Source: a virus
Taxonomy: Duplodnaviria; Caudoviricetes
DNA: 36,296 nt
Virus record (IMG/VR): IMGVR_UViG_3300025033_000042
Span: 1-36,296 of that record
Direction: 5' to 3' (one strand)
Shown here: piece by piece, positions 25,135 to 33,814 of the stretch
How positions within the stretch are numbered: position 1 is the first letter of the stretch
How the letters are laid out: every line of letters starts with the position of its first letter
The notes under the pieces: model-generated
Seen by the model: the letters and a program-made list of their open reading frames with translations, nothing else
The model's database searches: none
What the model was told of the DNA's origin: nothing
Position numbers and translations under genes: made by a program

Positions 25135-27650
25135 TTCGCGCTCAACGATGGGGCAACCTACCCGAGGAAATGAGAGAACGTCCACAGTGGGCCATCGCGG
25201 GTGCTAGCAAAGCGCCTATGACGGTCGGTCCGCAGGGTGGGCTACGTCTTGTCAAGGTAACAGAACCTTCGTCCTGGATGACCTTCGAGGATGCGTGCGC
25301 TGTAGCGTGGTCAAACAGGGAAACAGTGACCACACACGTCACAGCGGAAGGCGTTACGGTTCGGCAGACAGGTTTGGACGTCGGGTATATCCTCAATCAA
25401 GGAGACCCGTTCACCTGCATTGACCTGGACGTCAAGGACGCGGAGACGACTCCCAACAATCCCGAGAAGTGGACCACAGCAGATGACTTCCAAAGGTATG
25501 TATCTATTGTCGAGCGCTTTGACTCCTACACGGAGCGCTCCAAGTCCGGCAAAGGGCTCCACATTTGGGTCCGCGGAAATATCGGTAGAGGTTTCCGCAG
25601 GGACGGCATCGAAATCTACTCGCAAGAGCGCTTCATCATCTCAACGGGCGACGTCTATGTCCCGAAGCCAGTAGCCGACCGGGAATACCTCCTAACGAAT
25701 ATGATCCACCAAATGCGCCCGCTACAGAAGCAGGTGGAGTTGGAGGAGCTACCCGAGGAGGCAGATGACTGGTATATCCTTCAGGTTGCAGTGAGCGCTG
25801 CGAACGGAGAGAAGTTCAGCAAGCTGTGGAAGGGGCTGTGGCGCGAAGAGGAATTCAACTTCCCCTCCCAATCCGAAGCAGACTTGGCGCTCATGTCCAT
25901 GTTCACCTTCTACAGTGAATCGAACGAGCAGTGCCGCAGGTTGTTCCGCGAGTCGGGTCTAGGGAAGCGCGAGAAAGCTACCAAGAACGACGCCTACCTT
26001 AACAATACCCTCAAGACTATTCGCGAAAGGCAGGAGCGCGAGCGCAGCGTTGAGTTGAGCGGTATTCTGCAAGCTGCGGACAATATGCGTCAGCTTGCGC
26101 AGGAAGGCATTCAAGCGCTACAGGGCGGCGTGCCGCCGGCACAGCAGGTGGCAGGGGCTTTCGGTGCTGTTACCCCTCGCACGGTTTCTCCGCTACAGGT
26201 GCTCGGCACAGGCGAGCCTGTGGTGACTGCGCCGCCGCCAGAGGCTGCACTGGCACAAATGGCTCCCGTCACCGACTCAGCACGCCAAGCGGGTTCGGAT
26301 GGGCTACCCTGGCCTCCAGGGTTCGTAGGCGCGCTGTCGCAGTTCATCTATAACAACAGCTTCCTTCCGATCAAGGAGGTCGCAGTCACAGCAGCGCTCG
26401 GCCTGATGGCAGGCATCACAGGCAAAGCATGGCACATTCCGAAGTCAGGTTTGAATCTGTATATCGTTCTTGTGGCTCGCAGCGCTATCGGCAAGGAGGC
26501 GCTGCACACCGGCATCTCAACTGTCGTCAGCTCGTGCATTCGTGAGTTTCCGCAGTTCGGCAACTTCGTGGACTTTACCGAGTATGCGTCCGGTCCTGCA
26601 CTAATCAAGGCGTGCGCGCAGAATACGTCCTTTGTTAATGTGTCCGGTGAGTGGGGGCGCCGTATGAAGCGCATCGCCATGGAGGACGACCGTGAGGGTC
26701 CGATGACCACACTACGGACGCAAATGACGAACCTGTATCAAAAGTCAGCTCCTATGTCCATCGTTGGCGGTATCGGCTACAGTTCCACAGAGAACAACAT
26801 CGAGGCGCTCCAGTCCGTTGCCTACAGCATGGTCGGTGAGAGCACGCCGCAGACATTCTATGACAGCTTAACCGAGTCTATGATGGAAGACGGGTTCCTT
26901 TCGCGCTTCCTTGTCATTCAGTATGACGGGGACCGGCCTGAAGAGAACACGAACATGATTGAGTATCCCGACAGCGCTCTTACGCGCTACCTATGCGGGA
27001 TGGCCTTTCAGGCGGATGCTAACATAGGGAACGGCACCGCTCAGCCAGTTGGACGCACAGAGGAAGCAGCTAAGACGCTATCGGCGTTCAGCTACAAGGC
27101 GGCGGACATGATTCGCGGCACTCAGGATGAGTCTCGACGCCAGATGTGGAACCGTGCGACATTGAAGGTCTTGCGTGTCGCAGCCATCCTAGCGGTGGGC
27201 GATAACTACATGCACCCGATCATTCAACAGCATCACGCAGACTGGGCCATCAAGCTCATTATGGCGGACATTGAGATTATGCGTAAGCGCATCAGCAGCG
27301 GTGACGTTGGGCTTAACGACCAGTCCCGTGAACGCAAGGCGGTTGCAGTCATTCAAGACTACCTCACCAAGCCCATTCCGAAGAGCTACAAGATTCCGGA
27401 TGGTATGCGCGAAGCTGGCATCGTCCCGCGTCCATACCTCCAGCAGCGCACGGCTCGCGCATCAGCGTTCTACAAACATAAGTTCGGCGCCAACAAAGCG
27501 CTGGAAGAGACGCTGATGAACCTTGTCAACTCTGGATACATTATGGAGGTTAAGGGAGACAAGCTGGTCGATATGTTCAGCTATCACGGTAAGGCGTTCC
27601 GCGTGATTAAACTGCCTGACTACGAGGCAATGGCAACGGACCGCGATTAG
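25131..27650 (+). CDS. Primase-polymerase fused to helicase-like (DUF3987-type) domain
   Basis: CIDLD, YTERSKSGKGLHIW (AEP primpol), SQSEADLAL, VARSAIGKE, DGFLSRF; GTGA-coupled start 25131. Confidence 0.85.
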   Translation: MIRAQRWGNLPEEMRERPQWAIAGASKAPMTVGPQGGLRLVKVTEPSSWMTFEDACAVAWSNRETVTTHVTAEGVTVRQTGLDVGYILNQGDPFTCIDLDVKDAETTPNNPEKWTTADDFQRYVSIVERFDSYTERSKSGKGLHIWVRGNIGRGFRRDGIEIYSQERFIISTGDVYVPKPVADREYLLTNMIHQMRPLQKQVELEELPEEADDWYILQVAVSAANGEKFSKLWKGLWREEEFNFPSQSEADLALMSMFTFYSESNEQCRRLFRESGLGKREKATKNDAYLNNTLKTIRERQERERSVELSGILQAADNMRQLAQEGIQALQGGVPPAQQVAGAFGAVTPRTVSPLQVLGTGEPVVTAPPPEAALAQMAPVTDSARQAGSDGLPWPPGFVGALSQFIYNNSFLPIKEVAVTAALGLMAGITGKAWHIPKSGLNLYIVLVARSAIGKEALHTGISTVVSSCIREFPQFGNFVDFTEYASGPALIKACAQNTSFVNVSGEWGRRMKRIAMEDDREGPMTTLRTQMTNLYQKSAPMSIVGGIGYSSTENNIEALQSVAYSMVGESTPQTFYDSLTESMMEDGFLSRFLVIQYDGDRPEENTNMIEYPDSALTRYLCGMAFQADANIGNGTAQPVGRTEEAAKTLSAFSYKAADMIRGTQDESRRQMWNRATLKVLRVAAILAVGDNYMHPIIQQHHADWAIKLIMADIEIMRKRISSGDVGLNDQSRERKAVAVIQDYLTKPIPKSYKIPDGMREAGIVPRPYLQQRTARASAFYKHKFGANKALEETLMNLVNSGYIMEVKGDKLVDMFSYHGKAFRVIKLPDYEAMATDRD

Positions 27651-27660
27651 AACTGCACGC

Positions 27661-27689
27661 TTGCGATACTGTGGCCATCGCTATACAGT
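27661..27689 (+). promoter_or_regulatory. Sigma70-like promoter
   Basis: TTGCGA-N17-TACAGT. Confidence 0.6.
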
Positions 27690-27714
27690 AGGCCACTCAA
27701 CTAGGAGACAAAGC

Positions 27715-28392
27715 ATGGACGTAACGCATCCTCAGCTCGTGGCAGCGCTGGTCAAGAACCCGCGCAGCATTATCGAGACGCTATCCGACCACACTACCGA
27801 CCTCTGGCACGGTGCGACGGGTGTCGCTGGTGAGGCGGGCGAGCTGCTCGAAGGTATCATGATTACGCAGGATTTCCGGGGCGACAACGTCTTCGAAGCC
27901 GGCAAGGAGAATTTGCTCGAGGAAAGCGGAGACCTATATTTCTACATCGAGCAACTCGTGCAGCGCACAGGCATTGAGCTCGACTGGGATGCGATTGCAA
28001 CCTTCGCTCGCAATCAACATATCGGTCCCGACGTGATGGTGGGCTATGCTATCATTGTTGCGGTCCGCGGTTCGCAGGTGCTCGACACGGTCAAGAAGGC
28101 TGCTATCTACAATAAGGAGCTCGACGCCAAGCTTCTGACGGTGCAGTTGACCGAGCTCAGCAAGTTCCTGATGACGTTGGGCTATATGTTCGGTTTCGAA
28201 CGGCAGGATGCGCTGCGGGCTAACATCGCCAAGCTGAGCAAGCGCTATGAGGGTCTGCAATACACCGACAAGGCTGCTCAGCTTCGTGCTGACAAAGAGC
28301 CTGAGCGTAGCTACTTTGGGAAGGAGCCGCCCGTCGGCACCCCTGTCAAGCAGCCGATTCCGACCTCAGGACTCGAGACCCCCGAGGAATAA
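27715..28392 (+). CDS. MazG-like pyrophosphohydrolase with internal duplication
   Basis: GEAGELLE..EESGDLYFY and ANIAKLSKRY..AQLRADK; ATG 27715 with AGGAG. Confidence 0.8.
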   Translation: MDVTHPQLVAALVKNPRSIIETLSDHTTDLWHGATGVAGEAGELLEGIMITQDFRGDNVFEAGKENLLEESGDLYFYIEQLVQRTGIELDWDAIATFARNQHIGPDVMVGYAIIVAVRGSQVLDTVKKAAIYNKELDAKLLTVQLTELSKFLMTLGYMFGFERQDALRANIAKLSKRYEGLQYTDKAAQLRADKEPERSYFGKEPPVGTPVKQPIPTSGLETPEE

Positions 28393-28401
28393 TTCGGAAG
28401 T

Positions 28402-28440
28402 GAACTTTTCGCTTGCATTGTGCGCCTGTGCGCCTATTAT
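28402..28440 (+). promoter_or_regulatory. Promoter with upstream GAACTTTTC element
   Basis: GAACTTTTCGC-TTGCAT-N16-TATTAT. Confidence 0.65.
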
Positions 28441-28472
28441 GGGTTGCACAATGCAAGCAAAGGAGCAGTCAA

Positions 28473-28919
28473 ATGGTAGATATATCTGAAGAGGTAGCTG
28501 TTACGCCGCAGGACCTCGTAACGTGGTTCAAGAAGAAAGCTCAGCTCGCTAAGCTGAAGGGCGAAGAAGCAATGCTTCGCTCGCGCATCTTCAAGCACTA
28601 CTTCCCGAACCCGACCGAGGGCTCGAAGGAAAACAAGGTTCCGTTGAACGACGGCACCGGCGCGATCCTCCAAGCGGATCACGTTATCAACCGCACGGTT
28701 GATGAGCAGCAGCTTGAGGGACTCAAGGAGGCAATGTTCGCCGAGGGTTCCAATCTGCCGCAACTGGACCTCACCAAGCTCATTCGGTGGAAGCCCGAGC
28801 TCAACAAGGCGGAGTATAACAAGCTCACTGCCGACGAGAAGCTGGTGTTCGATCGCTGCTTGATCATCAAGCCGGGTTCCCCGCAGATGGAGATCAAGAT
28901 CCCCAAGACTCCGCAATGA
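28473..28919 (+). CDS. Hypothetical phage replication-module protein
   Basis: ATG 28473 after AAGGAGCAGTCA; LIRWKPEL..IKPGSPQMEI. Confidence 0.8.
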   Translation: MVDISEEVAVTPQDLVTWFKKKAQLAKLKGEEAMLRSRIFKHYFPNPTEGSKENKVPLNDGTGAILQADHVINRTVDEQQLEGLKEAMFAEGSNLPQLDLTKLIRWKPELNKAEYNKLTADEKLVFDRCLIIKPGSPQMEIKIPKTPQ

Positions 28920-29383
28920 GGGTCACAATCATTGCCGACGCGTCCCATTGCACGCAGTCAGGCGCTGCCGGATACGGCTGGTGGACTGCCTGCGAGCGTG
29001 GGAAGCGCGGTGGAGGTGGAGAGGTCAAAGAGAAGGTTGACAGCTCCAGTGCAGCGGAAATGATAGCAATCGTTAACGCGGTTCATATCTCAGTGAAGGG
29101 GGAATTAGTTCAGGAGGGGGATCACATCCTGCTCCAGACAGATTGCCAGGGGGCCATTGACGCGTTTATGTCGACGCGCAACCGCCTGACAAAGGACGAG
29201 AAGCGTGCTAAGAGTGCGTTCTTCGACCTCAAGAGGAAGGTGGGCTTTACGTTCACCTTCAAGCATGTCAAGGGGCACACGTCGCGTCCCGAAGCACGTT
29301 ACGTCACAAACAACCTCTGTGATGCGCGTGCTAAAAAAGGAATGAGGTTGGCCCGCCAGCGTTTGGCGAACTCTAAGGAGTAG
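28916..29383 (+). CDS. Ribonuclease HI-like protein
   Basis: IIADAS..GYG, AAEMIA, QTDC, KHVKGH, NNLCD. Confidence 0.9.
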   Translation: MRVTIIADASHCTQSGAAGYGWWTACERGKRGGGGEVKEKVDSSSAAEMIAIVNAVHISVKGELVQEGDHILLQTDCQGAIDAFMSTRNRLTKDEKRAKSAFFDLKRKVGFTFTFKHVKGHTSRPEARYVTNNLCDARAKKGMRLARQRLANSKE

Positions 29384-29388
29384 AAGTC

Positions 29389-30024
29389 ATGAAGCATAAG
29401 CATATGTTCTCGCTGTTGGACAATTCGTTCACGACTGTCCACGTTACGTTCGACAACACGGTCGACGATCTGCCGCCCGGCCGCTACGATATGAAGGTCG
29501 AAAGCATCGACTACCCAGGCGTAGCATCGCGTGATCGCGCTCGCCAATCTGCACTGCATCGGCTGGATCGTGGGAGCCCCGAAGCCGAAGCAATGACCCT
29601 GCGGATGCGCTTTGCCAACGAAGATGCGCCTGGCCAGCGGTATATCTACAAAGTGCCGAAGACCTGGAACGTCGAAGCTGGCGATGCGCTGGTCGTGCTG
29701 AACACGAACAATCAGCTGCGGATCGTCACTGTGGTCAAGGTCGACACTGCGCCCGATATCGATCCTGACGCCGACTTCACCTATAAGTGGGCGGTCGGCA
29801 AAGTCGATCTGCACGAATACAACGATCTCGTCAACAAGGAGAAGCGTTTCAGCGACTCCATGCTCGAAATCGAACGGACGAAGCAGCGCGAGTCGCTGGT
29901 GAACTCGTTCCGCGATTCGCTGCCTGAGGGGTCCGAAGCGCGCAAGCTGTTCGAGCAGACGACCGCTTCGCTCAGCCCGCCGCCCCCGCCCCCGTCGGCG
30001 CCGGAAGGCGGAGCGCAAAGCTGA
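29389..30024 (+). CDS. Hypothetical phage protein
   Basis: TAAGGAG RBS; YIYKVP..GDALVV..YKWAVGKVD. Confidence 0.8.
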   Translation: MKHKHMFSLLDNSFTTVHVTFDNTVDDLPPGRYDMKVESIDYPGVASRDRARQSALHRLDRGSPEAEAMTLRMRFANEDAPGQRYIYKVPKTWNVEAGDALVVLNTNNQLRIVTVVKVDTAPDIDPDADFTYKWAVGKVDLHEYNDLVNKEKRFSDSMLEIERTKQRESLVNSFRDSLPEGSEARKLFEQTTASLSPPPPPPSAPEGGAQS

Positions 30025-30671
30025 TGGAAAACCATTCTGTCAAGTTCGTGCATAGCACGCCTGACGGGGACAAGCTGATCGCAGACATTGCCAGGGTGAG
30101 TAACCCTGGCAATCGCGACGCAGATGCTTCCCGCCTGATCCGTTACCTCATCACTCACAATCACTGGTCGCCTTTCCAGATGGCCAGTATGTGTCTCGAG
30201 GTGACCACAACCAGAGACGTCGGCCGGCAGGTGCTCAGGCATCTATCGGCGATCGGGTTCCAGGAGTTCAGTGGGCGTTATGCGGAGTATGAGATGCTCC
30301 TGCGGACGCGCCAGTGCCGCTTTCAGCATCCGACGAACCGCCAGCTGTCCCGTTTGCCGGAGACAGCTGAGGAGCACGCGATCGCAGCTGAGTGGGATGC
30401 CTATGTCAAGTCCAAAGCGGAGCAGGACGAGCGCGACTACAAGTTCTGGCTCGGTCGGGGTGTCGCCAAGGAAGTGGCTCGCACGGTGCTGCCGGAAGGG
30501 TTGGTCCCGACCGTGATGTATCTGCACTTCTCGGTTCGCACGTGGCTCCACTACATCAAGGAGCGAACTGCCGAAGGGGTTCAAGCTGAGCATCGGTTCA
30601 TTGCTGAAGCATGTCGGGATGAGCTGGAAAATCACTTCCCTAACACATCGGAAGCGTTCTTCGGTGACTGA
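30024..30671 (+). CDS. thyX: FAD-dependent thymidylate synthase
   Basis: HWSPFQ, QVLRH..FQEFSGRY, GVAKEVARTVLP, QAEHR. Confidence 0.92.
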   Translation: MENHSVKFVHSTPDGDKLIADIARVSNPGNRDADASRLIRYLITHNHWSPFQMASMCLEVTTTRDVGRQVLRHLSAIGFQEFSGRYAEYEMLLRTRQCRFQHPTNRQLSRLPETAEEHAIAAEWDAYVKSKAEQDERDYKFWLGRGVAKEVARTVLPEGLVPTVMYLHFSVRTWLHYIKERTAEGVQAEHRFIAEACRDELENHFPNTSEAFFGD

Positions 30672-31017
30672 CGTCATTGCGGATGAAATCTGGTATCGGG
30701 GCTACCGTATTGCCGTCCTTGCGCAAGACGGAGTCCCGGCATCAGTTATGGCGGACTTCCTCGACGACTTGTCGAACGGGGAGCTGTTCAGCGGAGTCGT
30801 AGCAAAGTGCGAGGAGTGCAATGCAGAAGCGGTCATTCTTCATCTGCACGACTGCAAGTCTTACCAGCCGGAGAAGGAAGTCTGCAACAAAGCGGAGGCC
30901 TATGAAGCGGCAGCGGATGACATCCTCATGGATACGAAACCGTTCACCAAGGCCGGTCTTATTCGGCGTGCAGATCTTGAGCGGGTCTGTAAGGAATTGA
31001 AGGAAGAGACTCCATGA
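30664..31017 (+). CDS. Hypothetical protein
   Basis: GTG 30664 overlapping thyX end; ATGA-coupled to ligase. Confidence 0.65.
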   Translation: MTDVIADEIWYRGYRIAVLAQDGVPASVMADFLDDLSNGELFSGVVAKCEECNAEAVILHLHDCKSYQPEKEVCNKAEAYEAAADDILMDTKPFTKAGLIRRADLERVCKELKEETP

Positions 31018-31964
31018 AACCTATGCTAGCGAGCGACTATGTCGAAGCGAAGCTCAAGTTCCCTGTGATGGCGCAGCCGAAGATCGACGGCGTCCGTGCG
31101 CTGCACACGACAGGGGCCTTCACTGGACGCAGCTTGAAGAAATTCAAGAACGTCCATACGACACAATTCTTTGGGCACAGTTCCTTGGCGGGGCTGGACG
31201 GTGAGCTAGCAGGTGAGCGGGAGAACCATCCCGACCTCTGCCGCATCACGAGCAGCTTGGTAGGGACGATCAAGGGGATGCCGTGGCTACTGTGGTGGCT
31301 GTTCGACTACGTCACCCCTGAAACGAAGGACAAGCCCTACCTTCACCGTTTCGACGAACTGCTCCCGCGGAGGTTCGAGGAGCTAAGGCTGGAGGTTCCG
31401 CACCTGTTTCCTCACCTGCGCCTGATGCCCTACAAGATCGTCGCCAACATGGACCAGCTTCTCGAATATGAGAACGAACTGCTCGTGCTCGGGTTCGAAG
31501 GTGTCATCCTACGGGGGCTCGGCGCCAAGCATAAGCAAGGGCGCAGCACGCCGACAGAGGGCGGGTTGCAGCGGATCAAGAGGTTCGTTGACTTCGAATT
31601 CCGCGTGCATACCATTATCGAAGGCGATGCTAATGAGAACGAAGCGCAGATCAACGAGCTCGGCCAGACGTTCCGTAGCAGCCACCAAGAGAACAAGGTG
31701 CCGAACGGGATGGTGGGCGCAATGCTCGGCACGGTGCTAGGTGTGGTCAAAGACCCCATTACTGGCGACGTGCTGTTTGAAGACGGGCAGGAGGTCCGCG
31801 TTGGCGCAGGGTGCCTCAACCATGATCAGCGTCGGCATTATTTCCAGAACCAAGCCGAATTTATGGAGCTCATTTATAAAGCAAAGTTCTTTCCAAAGGG
31901 GATCAAGGACAAACCGCGATTCCCGACCTGGCAAAGCTTTCGTGATGCGAGTGACATTTCTTAG
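31014..31964 (+). CDS. ATP-dependent DNA ligase
   Basis: KIDGVR, LDGEL, FDY, FEGVILR, KPRFP. Confidence 0.93.
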   Translation: MKPMLASDYVEAKLKFPVMAQPKIDGVRALHTTGAFTGRSLKKFKNVHTTQFFGHSSLAGLDGELAGERENHPDLCRITSSLVGTIKGMPWLLWWLFDYVTPETKDKPYLHRFDELLPRRFEELRLEVPHLFPHLRLMPYKIVANMDQLLEYENELLVLGFEGVILRGLGAKHKQGRSTPTEGGLQRIKRFVDFEFRVHTIIEGDANENEAQINELGQTFRSSHQENKVPNGMVGAMLGTVLGVVKDPITGDVLFEDGQEVRVGAGCLNHDQRRHYFQNQAEFMELIYKAKFFPKGIKDKPRFPTWQSFRDASDIS

Positions 31965-31973
31965 TGTTTAATC

Positions 31974-32002
31974 TTGCTTCTCGCAGCAAAGGCCGCTAGG
32001 CT
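31974..32002 (+). promoter_or_regulatory. Sigma70-like promoter
   Basis: TTGCTT-N17-TAGGCT. Confidence 0.55.
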
Positions 32003-32031
32003 ATGCAACCGCAATTGACAAGGAGATCGGG

Positions 32032-32757
32032 GTGGCGCTTAACTTCACAACTGCACAGGACGCGTCCAGTATGTCTGGCGTGAAGGTGCTCGTCTATGGG
32101 GATGCGGGCGTCGGCAAGACGGTCCTGATGGCCACAGCGCCAAATCCCCTGCTCATCAGTGCCGAGTCCGGTGCGCTGTCCCTTCGGCAGCAGAACCTCG
32201 AGCGACTCTACGGTGCCGGCAATCCTCACATCTGCTATAACATGCCGATGATTGAGATCCGCACCGTCGAAGACCTCACGGACGCCTATAACTGGTGCGC
32301 TACCTCCCCGCAAGCGGGGCAGTTCCAGACTATCTGTTTGGATAGCATCAGCGAGATCGGCGAGGTCGTGCTCAACAATGCCAAGCGGCAGGTCAAGGAC
32401 CCGCGCCAGGCATACGGTGAGCTTATCGAAAAGATGGAGTCGGTCGTGCGCTTGTTCCGCGACCTGCCGAATCGGAATGTTGTTATCAGCGCCAAGATGG
32501 AGCCGTCGAAGGATGAACTCACTGGCGTTGTGAAATATGGTCCGTCCATGCCGGGCGCTAAGCTTGCCAATAAGCTGCCATATTTCTTCGACGAAGTTTT
32601 TCGTCTTGGGATCGGTCAAACGCCCCAAAACGAGAAATATCGCTTTCTGCAAACTCAACCGGATTTGCAGTTCCAAGCGAAGGACAGGAGCGGGGCGCTG
32701 GCACCTGTCGAAACTCCAATCTTAAGCGCTGTTTTCGCGAAAATCCTCGGCGGTTGA
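32032..32757 (+). CDS. AAA ATPase, Sak4-like recombination protein
   Basis: YGDAGVGKT, ICLDSISE, AKDRSG; adjacent to SSB-like and exonuclease genes. Confidence 0.85.
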   Translation: MALNFTTAQDASSMSGVKVLVYGDAGVGKTVLMATAPNPLLISAESGALSLRQQNLERLYGAGNPHICYNMPMIEIRTVEDLTDAYNWCATSPQAGQFQTICLDSISEIGEVVLNNAKRQVKDPRQAYGELIEKMESVVRLFRDLPNRNVVISAKMEPSKDELTGVVKYGPSMPGAKLANKLPYFFDEVFRLGIGQTPQNEKYRFLQTQPDLQFQAKDRSGALAPVETPILSAVFAKILGG

Positions 32758-32785
32758 TCGCCGCCACAACGGAGTATAGAATACC

Positions 32786-33709
32786 ATGGCACAACTGAAC
32801 TTCGACGCCACTCAGGTCGAGCCGGATACCGGCTTCGATACTGTCCCCGCTGGCTGGTATAACGTCGCGATGGACGAGTCGGACCTCAAGCCGACGAAGG
32901 ATGGTGCGGGCACCTACCTTCAGGCTCGGTTCAACATCCTCGACGGCCAGTATCGCGGTCGCAAGCTGTTCGCGCGTCTGAACATCCGCAACGCCAACGC
33001 CCAAGCGCAGGAGATCGCTCTCCGTCAGCTGTCGGCGATCGGCCACGCGGTCGGTGTCCTGCACATCCAGGACAGCCAGCAGCTTCACGGTCTGCCGTTG
33101 AAGGTGAAGGTGAAGATCCGCAAGGGTGATGACAACTACGAAGACCAGAACGACATCATCTCCTACAAGAACATCAACGAGCAGGTCGAAACCGTCGGTT
33201 CCGGCAATGCTGCCGGTGGCGTTCCGCAGCAGGGTTTCACTCCGCCGGCCCAGGGCTTCCAGCAGCAGCCTCAACAGGGCTTCCAACAGCCCAATCAGCA
33301 GCCGCAGCAGCAGTTCCAGCCTCAGCAGAACCCTCCGCAGCAGCAGACGCAACCGTTCCAGCAGCAACCTCAGCAGCAGCCGGACCAGTCGCAGCAGCCG
33401 CAGCAGCCGCAGCAGAATCCGGGCGGACAGCAGCCGTGGCAGAACCCTCCGCTGAACAATGCTCCGCCTCCGCAGCAGGACCAGAGCAATCCCTTCCAGG
33501 GTCAGCCTCCGCAGCAGAACCAGCAGCCGCAACAGCAGCCGCAGGGTGACGCTCAGCAGCAGCCGTGGAATGGTGGGGCAGCTCCGCAGGGTCAGCCGCA
33601 GGGTCAGGCACAGCAGCCGCAGGGTCAGCCCGACCCGAATGCTGCCGCCGCTGCTCAGGCCCAGGGAGCCAATCCGCCCTGGGCCAATCAGGGGCAGGCC
33701 GCTCAGTAA
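32786..33709 (+). CDS. DUF669-type ssDNA-binding protein with long Q/P-rich tail
   Basis: FDTVPAGWY..GQYRGRKLF..LN..QLSAIGHAVG; ends NPPW. Confidence 0.82.
   Translation: MAQLNFDATQVEPDTGFDTVPAGWYNVAMDESDLKPTKDGAGTYLQARFNILDGQYRGRKLFARLNIRNANAQAQEIALRQLSAIGHAVGVLHIQDSQQLHGLPLKVKVKIRKGDDNYEDQNDIISYKNINEQVETVGSGNAAGGVPQQGFTPPAQGFQQQPQQGFQQPNQQPQQQFQPQQNPPQQQTQPFQQQPQQQPDQSQQPQQPQQNPGGQQPWQNPPLNNAPPPQQDQSNPFQGQPPQQNQQPQQQPQGDAQQQPWNGGAAPQGQPQGQAQQPQGQPDPNAAAAAQAQGANPPWANQGQAAQ
33226..33706 (+). repeat. Coding low-complexity CAG/CCG repeats (Gln/Pro)
   Basis: Runs such as CAGCAGCCG throughout the SSB tail. Confidence 0.9.
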
Positions 33710-33715
33710 ACGACA

Positions 33716-33739
33716 CAGCCGGGCCTTCGGGTCCGGCTG
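33716..33739 (+). terminator. UUCG-capped hairpin after SSB
   Basis: CAGCCGGGCC-TTCG-GGTCCGGCTG; no U-tract. Confidence 0.5.
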
Positions 33740-33814
33740 CTAGTTGAGGGGTGGGACAGTTCACCATGGGCGGCACCCGCTGATCCACCTCTCTACCAGC
33801 AGCCGGAGATTTAA

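Noticed and set aside
32558-33788. Leu- or Ala-rich minus-strand ORFs
   Set aside because: Mirror of the CAG repeats in the SSB tail
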